A DNA stretch of 64,000 bases, from NCBI GenBank assembly GCA_964503065.1, contig CAZCYX010000001.1:5804-69803 (forward strand), given 5' to 3'. The notes under the pieces were generated by a model. It worked only from the letters and a program-made list of their open reading frames with translations, was not told where the DNA came from and did not search any database. Source of the DNA: an uncultured Candidatus Bathyarchaeia archaeon (GTDB lineage: Archaea > Thermoproteota > Bathyarchaeia > Bathyarchaeales > Bathyarchaeaceae). Of this stretch, positions 37,555 to 47,469 are shown piece after piece (the stretch's first letter is position 1; the number at the start of each line of letters is the position of its first letter). The position numbers and the translations under genes are program-made.

Positions 37555-38198
37555 GTGAGTTGTGAGTTGCTGGTTATGAGGATTTTTGGGATTTGTGCTT
37601 CTCATAGAGAGGGTGGTAGTTCATACACTTTGCTTGAGGAGGCTATGAAGGGGGCGAAGGAGGAAGATTCGTCTATTGAGATCAAAATCGCTGAGTTAGC
37701 TAGGTTGAAGATTGGTCCCTGTATTGCCGTATGTGCCTATATGGATCCAGTAGTTTGCGCCAAGAAGCCTTTTGAGTGTAAGGTCAAAGATGATCTTAAA
37801 GTGATTTTCGAGGATATGAAACATGCAGATGGCATCTTGATTGCTTCTCCATATTATTTCTTGGTTCCGTCAAAGCTGGCGGCGCTAATGGAACGACTGT
37901 ATTGTGTTCACTATTTCACTAGGCATAGACATCCGTCATTTTCTTTCCCAACAGCAGATAAACCCTTTGGCTTGCTTGCAGTTTCTGGAACTGGTGGGTA
38001 TTACACCTTGCCTTTATTAGAGCACATGCAAAGGTTTTGTCTATACTTACAAATGAAACCAATTGTAACGAAGATTTCACCTTTTATAGGAGTCGCTGGC
38101 GAAGACCAATTGAGAAGAACCCCGAGGCTCTGCAACATGCAAAAACACTCGGACAAATGATAGTGAAAGATATAAAGAAGACAGCCTCAAAAGTTTAA
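37555..38198 (+). CDS. flavodoxin-fold NADPH-dependent FMN reductase / iron-sulfur flavoprotein-like protein; C-terminus apparently frameshifted near 38105
   Basis: GICASHREGGS and ILIASPYYF motifs. The annotated frame ends in ...GEDQLRRTPRLCNMQKHSDK, while the -1 frame reads PIEKNPEALQHAKTLGQMIVKDIKKTASKV up to the stop at 38196-38198. Confidence 0.55.
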
Positions 38199-38220
38199 AG
38201 AAATTACATATTTTATAGTT

Positions 38221-38926
38221 CTACAACCTTTGTCCATACCTTCCAGTCAAAGGCACAAAAGCAACTCCACCTAAATTCTCTTCCAAAATCTGGTCATCCC
38301 TCTTCCTAACACGCACAAGCGTCTGATAGAGATACATGCCTCCAACTGGGATTACCAGAACTCCGCCAGTTTTCAACTGCTCTACCAAAGGCTTAGGAAC
38401 GTCGGGAGCCGCTGCAGTAACCAAAACACGGTCGTAAGGTGCCTCTTCCGGGTATCCTAAGGAACCGTCTCCACAAATCACTGTGATGCGGTCGCCGTAT
38501 CCAGCCTTCTCAATATTTTTCTTTGCAAACTCGGCTAGTTGAGAGACAATTTCCACACTGTAAACGTGGCCCCATCTATCTTTAGATGCATCTCTTGGAG
38601 CAACAATCTCCGCTATAGTGGCAGCGTGCCAACCTGACCCAGCTCCAACCTCTAACACCTTATGTCCCATTTCTAACTCTAAGACCTCATCCATGATGGA
38701 AACCATGTTTCGCCCGACTGATCTTAGTCGGTCAGTCGTGAGGCGCAGAAATCGTTTGTCCCCATCCAATTGGAAGAGGTGAATCCACCGCCGCATAAGA
38801 CCTCACGTTTTCGGGAAGAAAAGCATCCCTAGAAACCACTCGCATCGCCTTAATCACATTAGGTGAACGAAGAATACCTTCTCTTATTAACCTCTCAACT
38901 AGTTCCTCCCAGTCCTTTTTCTCCAT
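38221..38926 (-). CDS. pcm: protein-L-isoaspartate O-methyltransferase, interrupted by a 31-nt BHB-type insert (exon 1 38740-38926, exon 2 38221-38708)
   Basis: ORF 38732-38926 ends ...PIGWGQTISAPHD*. ORF 38221-38796 contains MVSIMDEVLELEMGHKVLEVGAGSGW... Joining after removal of 38709-38739 gives 675 nt (224 aa) with the family motif GQTISAPHMV. Confidence 0.85.
38709..38739 (-). other. putative bulge-helix-bulge (BHB) intron in a protein-coding mRNA
   Basis: RNA reads UG[CGCC](UC|A)[CGACUGA]CCGACUAAGA[UCAGUCG][GGCG](AA|A)CA. That is a 4-bp central helix, two 3-nt bulges on opposite strands and a 7-bp intron stem. Cutting after the 2nd bulge nt removes 31 nt and restores the frame. The insert carries an in-frame UGA. 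Confidence 0.7.
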
Positions 38927-39164
38927 ACTTAAGCCTCAAACAAATAGTAGAAAACCCTATGCCTTAAGACTTTGCGAAAGTTTGTGAAGGAAAAGGTCTT
39001 TAGCCATAAAAATGGCGAATTCTCCGCGAATCCTATTTTTATTGTGGAGCATCTTTGAAGACGCGTTATGAACTCCAATAAGGTTTTGCACTCTCATTGC
39101 TGAAAATGGAGAAGGGCTCAGTCTTATATGTGCATATTGTTTCATATGGAGAATCGGTGTTAGA

Positions 39165-39821
39165 ATGACAGTCTACGTCAAGTGGCTTGGCCACTCGAGT
39201 TTTCAGATCAGAACCAAGGACAAAATCATCTACGCTGATTTGAAGAAATATGGGAAAGTAGTTGATACTTCAGAGAAGGCCGACATTATATTGGTGACGC
39301 ATAATCATGGCGACCACTGCAGCCCGCCCAAAATCCAGACTCTTCGCAAGAAAGAAACGATCGTAATTGCTCCCCAAAACTGTGCTTCAAGAATTGGCGG
39401 AAACGTCAGAACCATAAAACCAGGAGAAGAAATCGCTATTGACAGTGCAAGGATTGAGGCAGTTGAAGCTTACAATATAAAGCGGTTCAAGCCTTCAGGA
39501 AAACTCTGGCATCCTAAAGGATATGGAGTAGGCTACTTAATAAAGACTGAAGGTAAGACGATTTACCACGCTGGAGATACAGATTTCATTCCAGAAATGC
39601 GTCACCTTAAGGACATAGACTTGGCTCTACTTCCCACAGGAGACAAATACACCATGGACAATGCTGAAGCTGCCGAAGCTGCGATAGCAATTAACCCGAA
39701 AATTGCAATGGCTATGCATACTTGGGAGACAGATCGCGGAGACTTCAAAAGAAGGGTAGAAGCCAACTCAAATACTAAAGTAGTGTTACTGCAAGAAGGC
39801 GAAGAAATAGACTTGAGCTAA
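39165..39821 (+). CDS. metallo-beta-lactamase fold hydrolase (UPF0173-like)
   Basis: HNHGDH metal motif and overall size. Confidence 0.7.
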   Translation: MTVYVKWLGHSSFQIRTKDKIIYADLKKYGKVVDTSEKADIILVTHNHGDHCSPPKIQTLRKKETIVIAPQNCASRIGGNVRTIKPGEEIAIDSARIEAVEAYNIKRFKPSGKLWHPKGYGVGYLIKTEGKTIYHAGDTDFIPEMRHLKDIDLALLPTGDKYTMDNAEAAEAAIAINPKIAMAMHTWETDRGDFKRRVEANSNTKVVLLQEGEEIDLS

Positions 39822-39849
39822 AAAGCGAGAAGCAATAGGAAAAGGAGTT

Positions 39850-41673
39850 TTATTTGACCGTAACTGACTTAGCTAGGTTTCGAGGCATATCTGGGTCACA
39901 GTTTCTTTCAACCGCCATGTAATAGGCAAAGAGTTGTAGTGGAATCACGTAGGGGATTGGTGAAAGAACCTCTGGAAACCCCTTTGAAACCTCAATGTAA
40001 TCGTCAACGGTTCTTTTGGTTTCCTCGTCTCCCTCTTCTATTATTGCAATGACAGAGGCTCCACGAGCCTTCATTTCCATAATGTTTCCCATGATCGTCT
40101 TCCGTGTTTCGTCCTTAGGGCAAATAAAGATCACCGGAAATCCAGGTTCAACGAGGCTGATAGGTCCGTGTTTGCTTTCTCCGGCTGGGTATGCAATGGA
40201 GGGGATATAGGCTATCTCTAACAATTTCAATCTGCTTTCTAGTGCAGTGGCTGAACTTATTCCGCGCCCGAGAAAGAAGAAACATTGTTTGTCTTTGTAT
40301 TTTTTAGCGAGCAGCTTTATTTTCTCCTCTTGAGTTTTCAGAATTGTCTTCACAATGTCTGGGATCTGTTCTAGTTTCTCTTCTAGGTTTTCAATTTCTA
40401 TGTGGGAAATTTTGCCTCTCCGTTTGGCAACGTTTAAAGCAAGCTGGGAGAGGACCGATAGTTGAGATGTGAAAGTTTTTGTGGCTGCCACTCCAATTTC
40501 TGGACCAGACTGTTGACAAACATAGGCCCTCGCCACCCGTGTTAGCGTAGATCCAACAACATTGGTTAGCCCAAGAATTGTGGCGGCTCGTTGTCTTGCC
40601 CACTCTACAGCTGCTAAAGTGTCTGCTGTTTCTCCAGATTGACTAACTGCAAGGATGGTGCTATCTATGTTTACAGCCTTTCCATGTTGCTCTATAAACT
40701 CAGAAGAAATGACTGGGTGGGTAGCCAATAACGCAACTTTTGAAAACATGTAGGAAGCTGCGAGACAAGCATGATATGAGGTCCCAGCTGCGACGAAGTA
40801 AACTTCAGTGGCACGTTCCAGAAAAGTTGCCATCAGATCTAAGTATTGCTCCTGTAATCTAAGCGTGTTTCTTAAACAGAGTGGTTGCTCATGAATCTCC
40901 TTCAGCATAAAGTGCGGATAACCTTGTTTCTTAGCCATTTCTGGCGTCCAATCAATAATCTTAGGTTCTCTCAAAACTGGGCTCCAATCACTGATTTTTC
41001 GAATTTCATAACCATCGTCGTTTAAGGCAATGAGTTCTCCGTCCTCAATTATTACTGCTCTATTCGTCAACGGGAGAAAGGCGGGAATGTCAGATGCACA
41101 ATAAACTCCATCCTCTGCAACCCCAACCACTAAAGGGCTTTCCTTTCGGGCGCACACAATCTTGTTTGGCTCCTTTACAGAGATCACTGCGAGGGCATAG
41201 GAGCCATCCAGTCGCTTCGTAGCCTCACGAACTGCTTCTGACAAGGGTAGACCATCTTCTAACTTTTCTTCAATCAAATGTGGGATAACCTCAGTGTCGG
41301 TTTTTGAGCGAAACACATGCCCCAGTTCTTCCAGTTCCCTTTTAATTTCGGCAAAGTTTTCAATGATTCCATTATGAACGATAGCGATCTGTCCGTGACA
41401 ATCCATATGAGGATGTGCATTCACTTGAGACGGTGCTCCATGAGTGGCCCACCTCGTATGCCCCAGTGCTATTCGCCCAGGAAGATCATCTAAATCGTGT
41501 ACTGCATGAACATCATCAATTTTTCCTTGATCCTTCTTGATGAAGAGCCTATTTTCATGAATTGCTGCTTCACCTACTGAATCGTAGCCTCGATATTCAA
41601 GCCTCTTTAGGGCAGCATGAACAATGGGCGCGGCAACACCGTTCTTGAGGATGCATCCAAATATTCCACACAT
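39850..41673 (-). CDS. glmS: glutamine--fructose-6-phosphate aminotransferase
   Basis: N-terminal MCGIFG, tandem SIS domains, C-terminal ...LAKSVTVK. Confidence 0.92.
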   Translation of the reverse strand: MCGIFGCILKNGVAAPIVHAALKRLEYRGYDSVGEAAIHENRLFIKKDQGKIDDVHAVHDLDDLPGRIALGHTRWATHGAPSQVNAHPHMDCHGQIAIVHNGIIENFAEIKRELEELGHVFRSKTDTEVIPHLIEEKLEDGLPLSEAVREATKRLDGSYALAVISVKEPNKIVCARKESPLVVGVAEDGVYCASDIPAFLPLTNRAVIIEDGELIALNDDGYEIRKISDWSPVLREPKIIDWTPEMAKKQGYPHFMLKEIHEQPLCLRNTLRLQEQYLDLMATFLERATEVYFVAAGTSYHACLAASYMFSKVALLATHPVISSEFIEQHGKAVNIDSTILAVSQSGETADTLAAVEWARQRAATILGLTNVVGSTLTRVARAYVCQQSGPEIGVAATKTFTSQLSVLSQLALNVAKRRGKISHIEIENLEEKLEQIPDIVKTILKTQEEKIKLLAKKYKDKQCFFFLGRGISSATALESRLKLLEIAYIPSIAYPAGESKHGPISLVEPGFPVIFICPKDETRKTIMGNIMEMKARGASVIAIIEEGDEETKRTVDDYIEVSKGFPEVLSPIPYVIPLQLFAYYMAVERNCDPDMPRNLAKSVTVK

Positions 41674-41951
41674 CAGCGATGCCTCATGAATTCTGTAATT
41701 ACGTTAATCCCCCACGTGTAGATTTAATTAGAGCAAAGCAGTATCTATAAGGTTTTTTAGGAAAAAATTCTTGATTTGAAAAATGATTTTTAAAGGGTTT
41801 CATGGGCATTTTTTATGTTTCTGTCTGACCGTTAAAAAAATGTCTATAACAGTTCTAGACTTGTTGGTTAGTCTCTTACGGATGACAAGTCAATGTGGGT
41901 TTGTGTGGTTACCACAAGTTTTATATAGATAACCAATGAAGTATCATTCAT

Positions 41952-42356
41952 ATGAATAATTGTTCAGGCAAAGTGATCAAGATGAAACGTGGTTTGAGTG
42001 AGACTTGCCATCTATTCTTCTCAACACTCTCAAATCCGACACGACTAGCAATTCTGGAACTCCTTCGCGATGGACCAAGAAATGTAACAGAGATTTCTAA
42101 GGCTCTAAACCAAGAACAGAGCATGATTTCGCACAATCTTAAACCCCTAGAGAGATGCAGATTTATCTTTTCAGCGAGAAGAAAGAAAGAACATCTCTAC
42201 TCTTTGAATAAAGAAACAATGGAACCGTTATTCAAGATATTCAACTATCATGCCGAAAAATATTGTCCAACAGAAGGAAAATGTCTAACAGACAGAGGGC
42301 TTCAAAAACAGAAGAAGAAAGACGCTTCGAGTCCGTTATACGTATCTCGTTATTGA
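41952..42356 (+). CDS. ArsR family transcriptional regulator
   Basis: LSNPTRLAILELLRDGPRNVTEISKALNQEQSMISHNLKPL. The true start may be the MKRG at about 41982. Confidence 0.75.
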   Translation: MNNCSGKVIKMKRGLSETCHLFFSTLSNPTRLAILELLRDGPRNVTEISKALNQEQSMISHNLKPLERCRFIFSARRKKEHLYSLNKETMEPLFKIFNYHAEKYCPTEGKCLTDRGLQKQKKKDASSPLYVSRY

Positions 42357-42397
42357 GGAATTATGGATGCATACACTCCTATGAGGTAGGATTTGAA

Positions 42398-44341
42398 ATG
42401 GAAGGCGATAGGGTTTCTTACCATGAATCTGTTCGTAGAGTTTATGAGAGAATAAAAAAGGACAACATGAACAACATTTGGGATCGATATGAGGCTCAAG
42501 GCTTTGCAGGTGATCCTGACAAGAGGTGTCCTTTCTGCATGGGCGGAGTTAGGTGTGACTTGTGTTCTAATGGACCGTGCCGTGCAGACGCATCAAAGGA
42601 CAAGAAAGGAGTATGTGGTATTACAGCAGATGGTATGGCTATGCGGATGACGTTACTCAGAAATATTATGGGGGCGTCCACTTACCATTACCACACAGAT
42701 CAGACTATCAAGACCCTTCGGGCGACAGCGAAAGGTAAAACCCCCTTTGAGATAAGAGAACCTGACAAATTGAAAGATTTTGCAGAGCGGCTTGGAATAA
42801 ATACATCAGGTTCGGAAAAGAAAATTGCCATACGACTGTGTGATTTTGTAGAAACCGATTTTAACAGAAAATACTATGAACCAAGCCAAATCGTAGAAGC
42901 ATTAGCTCCACAAGAGCGTAAAGAAGTTTGGAAAAAACTGGACATTTTCCCTGGTGGAATTTACGGTGAGATGTTGCTGGCAACTAGTTCGTGCCTCACT
43001 AACGTCGACGGCTACTACATAAGCCTAACTCTTAAGGCCATGCGCCTTAGTTTGGCAATGGCTTATCAGAGCCAAATTGTTAACGAATATTGTCAGGACG
43101 TTCTCTATGGAATACCCAGACCCCATAAGATGCGTGTAGACCTAGGCGTATTAGATCCTGATTACGTTAATGTGCTGCCAAACGGCCACGAACCTTTTCT
43201 CGGGTTTGCCATGGTTCAACTGGCTCGAAAACCGAAATGGCAGGAAAAAGCAAGGGCTGCAGGCGCAAAAGGATTACGTATCATTGCAAACATCGAAACA
43301 GGCCAAGAGATGATTCAAAGGTGGGAGATGGACGAAACATTCTATGGTTTTACTGGGAACTGGATTATGCAGGAGGCAATTCTGGCAAGTGGTTGTGTAG
43401 ATCTCTTCGCAGCTGATATGAATTGTTCTATGCCGATTGATCCGTTGTACGCTCAAAGATATAAATTCAGGCTTGTTCCGGTAAGTGAACTTGTAGCTTT
43501 TGAAGGCGTTACAGATCGAGTTAACTATGTACCTGAGAAGGCTGAAAAGCAGGCTGCGCAGCTCTTGCAGATGGCTATAGACAATTTTAAAGAACGCAGG
43601 GCGTTAGTGGAGCCTGTTACAAAGTTACCCATGAAAAAAGCCTTAGTTGGCTTCTCCACAGAAAGCATCCTTGAGGTGCTTGGAGGCACTCTTAATCCAC
43701 TCTTGGAAGCTATAAAAGATGGGACCTTGCGAGGAATTGCAGGTCTTATATCATGCACAACCCTTAGAGATTACGGCCAAGATGTACATAGCGTACGTGT
43801 AGCTAAAGAACTGATTAAACGAGACATCTTAATTCTTTCAATGGGGTGTGGCAATGGAGCGATGCAAATTGCGGGTCTTTGCAATCCCAAATCTAAAGAA
43901 TTTGCAGGTCCAGGTCTCAGAGCTCTTTGTGAGAAACTGAATATTCCTCCTGTTTTGAGCTATGGCACTTGTACTGATACAGGACGCCTCGCTGACCTGT
44001 TGGCTGCAATCTCAAATGCATTGGGAGTTTCCATTCCAGAATTACCTGTCGTCGCTGTAGCACCTGAATACATGGAACAAAAGGCTACAATTGACGCGGT
44101 GTTCGCACTGGCTCTAGGGCTCTATACTTACGTTAATCCAGTACCGACAGTTACGGGAGCGCCAAATTTAGTTAAACTCTTGACAAAAGACTGCGAGAAT
44201 CTAACGAGTGGCTTGCTTAATGTAGAAAAAGACCCTGTCAAAGCAGTAGATGCAATCCTAGCCCACATAGAGGACAAAAGGAAAAAATCGGCATCTGAAT
44301 TATGTTTGCAAACAGCCCACGCCAAAGGGAAACAGGCTTGA
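42398..44341 (+). CDS. cooS: CooS-type (Ni,Fe) carbon monoxide dehydrogenase / prismane-superfamily homolog, divergent
   Basis: N-terminal CPFCMGGVRCDLCSNGPCR...GVCG. Motifs NGHEP, DMNCSMP, SCTT, MGCGNGA and PPVLSYGTCTDTGR parallel CooS cluster ligands. I prefer the ATG at 42398 (after a GAGGT) over the TTG at 42263, which overlaps arsR. Confidence 0.75.
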   Translation: MEGDRVSYHESVRRVYERIKKDNMNNIWDRYEAQGFAGDPDKRCPFCMGGVRCDLCSNGPCRADASKDKKGVCGITADGMAMRMTLLRNIMGASTYHYHTDQTIKTLRATAKGKTPFEIREPDKLKDFAERLGINTSGSEKKIAIRLCDFVETDFNRKYYEPSQIVEALAPQERKEVWKKLDIFPGGIYGEMLLATSSCLTNVDGYYISLTLKAMRLSLAMAYQSQIVNEYCQDVLYGIPRPHKMRVDLGVLDPDYVNVLPNGHEPFLGFAMVQLARKPKWQEKARAAGAKGLRIIANIETGQEMIQRWEMDETFYGFTGNWIMQEAILASGCVDLFAADMNCSMPIDPLYAQRYKFRLVPVSELVAFEGVTDRVNYVPEKAEKQAAQLLQMAIDNFKERRALVEPVTKLPMKKALVGFSTESILEVLGGTLNPLLEAIKDGTLRGIAGLISCTTLRDYGQDVHSVRVAKELIKRDILILSMGCGNGAMQIAGLCNPKSKEFAGPGLRALCEKLNIPPVLSYGTCTDTGRLADLLAAISNALGVSIPELPVVAVAPEYMEQKATIDAVFALALGLYTYVNPVPTVTGAPNLVKLLTKDCENLTSGLLNVEKDPVKAVDAILAHIEDKRKKSASELCLQTAHAKGKQA

Positions 44342-45135
44342 CCTTATCTGATGACAGAGAGATACTAACTTCAGTATTCATTTACAGCGGAGAATTTGCA
44401 GAACGAGTGATAAGAAATTTGATAAACGACCCCAGCTTCTGCAAATCCTGCAGCATATACTGTGACTCCTGCAAATACAACGTGTACAGCCATGTCCGCA
44501 ACATCCTAGCAGCAATACAGTTGCCAGACCCTTCCGAACTACCGGCATTCATAGACGACCCAGAAAATTATATGCCTAAGAAGATTCCGAAAGCCGATCT
44601 ATGCCTAACTTCAGGACTACACAAAGACCTATTATTAGAAGTCCCAAATCACATACAAAAAGTCGGAATAAAAGGGTTAATTGCACCAATAGAAGACTTC
44701 ACCGAAGTTCCATCCGGTCTAAGAAAGCAGGTGGAAGAGAGATGCCAAGAACTAGGCATAGAAAATGCGTTTCCAAAGCCTTTTTGCTCGTTGGAACCGA
44801 CAGAGGATAAACCAGTGATTTCGAGATTTGCAACTGAACTGAAAGTGGGGCGTCCCTTATTAGAGATTTCAACTGCGAAAAGAGGCAGAGACGAGGTTAT
44901 AGGCTCTACTACTGTTAGGAGAAGCGCTCCTTGCGGCTCCACATGGTATGTAGCAAGAAAACTCATCGGAGTTGGCACAAAAAAGGAAATTCTCTACGAT
45001 GCAGTAGCAAAAGCCCATCACAGCTACCCGTGTACTGCAACAATGGGCGTAGACCCAGAAGTGAAAGAGCCGATACTTCACATTGGAGGCTACATAATAC
45101 GAGAAGAAGTCAAGAAAGCACTTGAACAGAGCTGA
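44338..45135 (+). CDS. Cys-rich hypothetical protein (DUF166-like?)
   Basis: The TTG at 44338 overlaps the cooS stop (cTTGA), suggesting translational coupling. FCKSCSIYCDSCKY cysteine motif. The family assignment is from memory only. Confidence 0.35.
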   Translation: MTLSDDREILTSVFIYSGEFAERVIRNLINDPSFCKSCSIYCDSCKYNVYSHVRNILAAIQLPDPSELPAFIDDPENYMPKKIPKADLCLTSGLHKDLLLEVPNHIQKVGIKGLIAPIEDFTEVPSGLRKQVEERCQELGIENAFPKPFCSLEPTEDKPVISRFATELKVGRPLLEISTAKRGRDEVIGSTTVRRSAPCGSTWYVARKLIGVGTKKEILYDAVAKAHHSYPCTATMGVDPEVKEPILHIGGYIIREEVKKALEQS

Positions 45136-45231
45136 GGCTCTATGTGTAAATTACATAAAACATTTGATCCAACAATAGATATTGAAAAAAATGTGAAATT
45201 TGCAAGTTATAGCGGTTGGCTGGTCTGATAA

Positions 45232-47391
45232 ATGAAAGAGCAAGAAGTTATCCTTCAAATCCTTGGGATGCACTGTCTCGGATGTGCGCAGCGAATTGAG
45301 ACGAGTCTGTCAAAACTTGATGGAATCATAGAAGCTAAAGTAAATTTTGCATCCAGAGAAGCTATTGTAAGATTTAACTCAGACAAGACCAATATTGGTA
45401 AGATTAAGGCAACCATTAAGAAAACTGGATATGAAGCTGTGGAGCAAGCGGAAGTTTTCACTACTGAAAAGCGTAGGAAAGCACTAGAGAGAAAGTTGTT
45501 GCTTTTCTTTATTGGGCTTGTCTTAACAATTCCAATTGTCGTTATCACATATTTCTTGAGTTTTCCTGAAAAGAATCTTCTATTGTTGGTTTTGACAACC
45601 CCTGTTCAGTTTATTGTAGGTTGGCGCTTCTATAAAGGCGCATATAATTCACTCAGAAGTAGGTTTGCAGACATGAATGTGCTTGTCGCTATGAGCGCTT
45701 CAGCCGCTTATTTTTATTCATTGTTTTCAACATTCTTCATTCATGGCATGGTTTTTTATGAAGCTTCAGCGGTTGTGATCACCACTATAACTCTTGGTAT
45801 GCTATTGGAGGAGATGGCTGTTGAAAAAACTGGGGAAACAATTAAGAAACTTATGGAGCTTCAACCAAAAACCGCCATTGTAGTGCAGGATGGGGATGAG
45901 AGAGAAGTTTCTGTTGAAGAAGTTGAGGTCGACGATGTTGTGATTGTTAAACCTGGAGAAAAAATCCCTGTTGATGGTATTGTAGTTAATGGGCATTCAT
46001 TTATAGATGAATCGATGATAACTGGTGAATCCGTTCCTGTTGAGAAGAATGTTGGAGACACTGTTTTCGGCGGAACGGTTAACGAAGCCGGCACTTTGAA
46101 GTTTAGGGCAGTGAAAGTTGGAAAGGAAACGACTTTGGCGCAGATTGTAAGGTTGACCCGTGAAGTGCAAATGAGTAAGGCGCCGATTCAAAGGCTTGCA
46201 GATAGAGTTGTCAACTTTTTTGTTCCCATAGTTATCGTGATTGCTGTTGGAGCATTTGCAATTTGGTTTCTCTTCTTTCAGAATGGAATGCTAGCCTTAA
46301 CCACTCTCGTTTCTGTCCTAGTAATAGCTTGCCCATGTGCTTTAGGCATAGCAACACCTGCTGCAATCATGATCAGTGTTGGTAAGGGAGCTGAGAATGG
46401 AGTTCTAATTAAGAATAGTGCAGTGCTAGAGGTTGTTAAAGAACTTGACACTGTTGTTTTTGACAAGACTGGCACATTAACTAAAGGCAAATTAGAAGTC
46501 ACAGACATTGTCACAGAAGATAGGCAATATCTTTTGAAAATTGCCGCTATTGCCGAGAAACGGTCTGAGCACCCAGTTGGCGAAGCAATTGTTAAAAGAG
46601 CTGAGAGTGAGGGAATTGACGTTCCTGAACCAGATTCTTTTGAAGCCTTACCTGGACTTGGTGTATCAGTGAAGTTTAAGCAGGAAAAGATCTTGCTTGG
46701 AAACCGTATATTGATGAGAAATCATAAGGTGGCAATAAAGAAGTTCAAAGGCCGCATTGAAAAGCTAGAGAAAGAAGGCAAAACCGTATTAATCGTGACT
46801 GTTGACGGAAAAGCAGTTGGACTATTGGCTGTTTCTGACACCATTAAAGATCACTCTAAAGGCGCTGTGAAAACGCTTCAAGAGATGGGATTAAAAGTCA
46901 TTATGCTTACAGGTGACACAAAAAGAACAGCTGAAGCTATCGCAAAGCAGCTAGGTATCAATGAAGTTTTAGCTGAAGTCCTTCCAGCTGAAAAAGTTGA
47001 AGAAATAAAGAAGCTGCAAAATGAAGGAAGATTTGTTGCCATGGTGGGTGATGGAATAAATGATGCCCCAGCCATTACACAGGCAAATGTAGGAATTGCT
47101 ATTGGCGGCGGAACAGATATCGCTATGGAAGCCGGAGATATAGTTTTAGTCAAAGATGACCCACGAGATGTAGCAGTTAGCATTAAGCTAAGTAAGAGAA
47201 CACTGCAGAAGATAAGGCAAAACCTATTTTGGGCGTTCTTCTATAACATGCTAACAATTCCGTTAGCCGCAGGCATTCTCTATTCATCCCTCGGCATTTT
47301 AGTTAGACCTGAAATCGCAGCGGCAGCAATGATACTCAGCGACATCACAGTTGTTGGAAACTCAATGCTACTAAAACGATGGATGCCCTAA
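45232..47391 (+). CDS. copA: copper-translocating P1B-type ATPase
   Basis: HMA domain [19 protein letters not shown] ([11 protein letters not shown]), [15 protein letters not shown]. Confidence 0.9.
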   Translation: MKEQEVILQILGMHCLGCAQRIETSLSKLDGIIEAKVNFASREAIVRFNSDKTNIGKIKATIKKTGYEAVEQAEVFTTEKRRKALERKLLLFFIGLVLTIPIVVITYFLSFPEKNLLLLVLTTPVQFIVGWRFYKGAYNSLRSRFADMNVLVAMSASAAYFYSLFSTFFIHGMVFYEASAVVITTITLGMLLEEMAVEKTGETIKKLMELQPKTAIVVQDGDEREVSVEEVEVDDVVIVKPGEKIPVDGIVVNGHSFIDESMITGESVPVEKNVGDTVFGGTVNEAGTLKFRAVKVGKETTLAQIVRLTREVQMSKAPIQRLADRVVNFFVPIVIVIAVGAFAIWFLFFQNGMLALTTLVSVLVIACPCALGIATPAAIMISVGKGAENGVLIKNSAVLEVVKELDTVVFDKTGTLTKGKLEVTDIVTEDRQYLLKIAAIAEKRSEHPVGEAIVKRAESEGIDVPEPDSFEALPGLGVSVKFKQEKILLGNRILMRNHKVAIKKFKGRIEKLEKEGKTVLIVTVDGKAVGLLAVSDTIKDHSKGAVKTLQEMGLKVIMLTGDTKRTAEAIAKQLGINEVLAEVLPAEKVEEIKKLQNEGRFVAMVGDGINDAPAITQANVGIAIGGGTDIAMEAGDIVLVKDDPRDVAVSIKLSKRTLQKIRQNLFWAFFYNMLTIPLAAGILYSSLGILVRPEIAAAAMILSDITVVGNSMLLKRWMP

Positions 47392-47469
47392 AAGACACGC
47401 ACGTTAAAGATTCTGGTCTGGAACCGTTATTAAAATGTTTATAAAGGAATCACGGCTACTTTCTGAGAT

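Noticed and set aside
42263-42397. The N-terminal extension of cooS from the TTG at 42263, as given in the ORF track.
   Set aside because: The extension overlaps the 3' end of arsR by 94 nt and its translation (MSNRRKMSNRQRASK...) is not CODH-like. The ATG at 42398, preceded by GAGGT, begins the conserved region.
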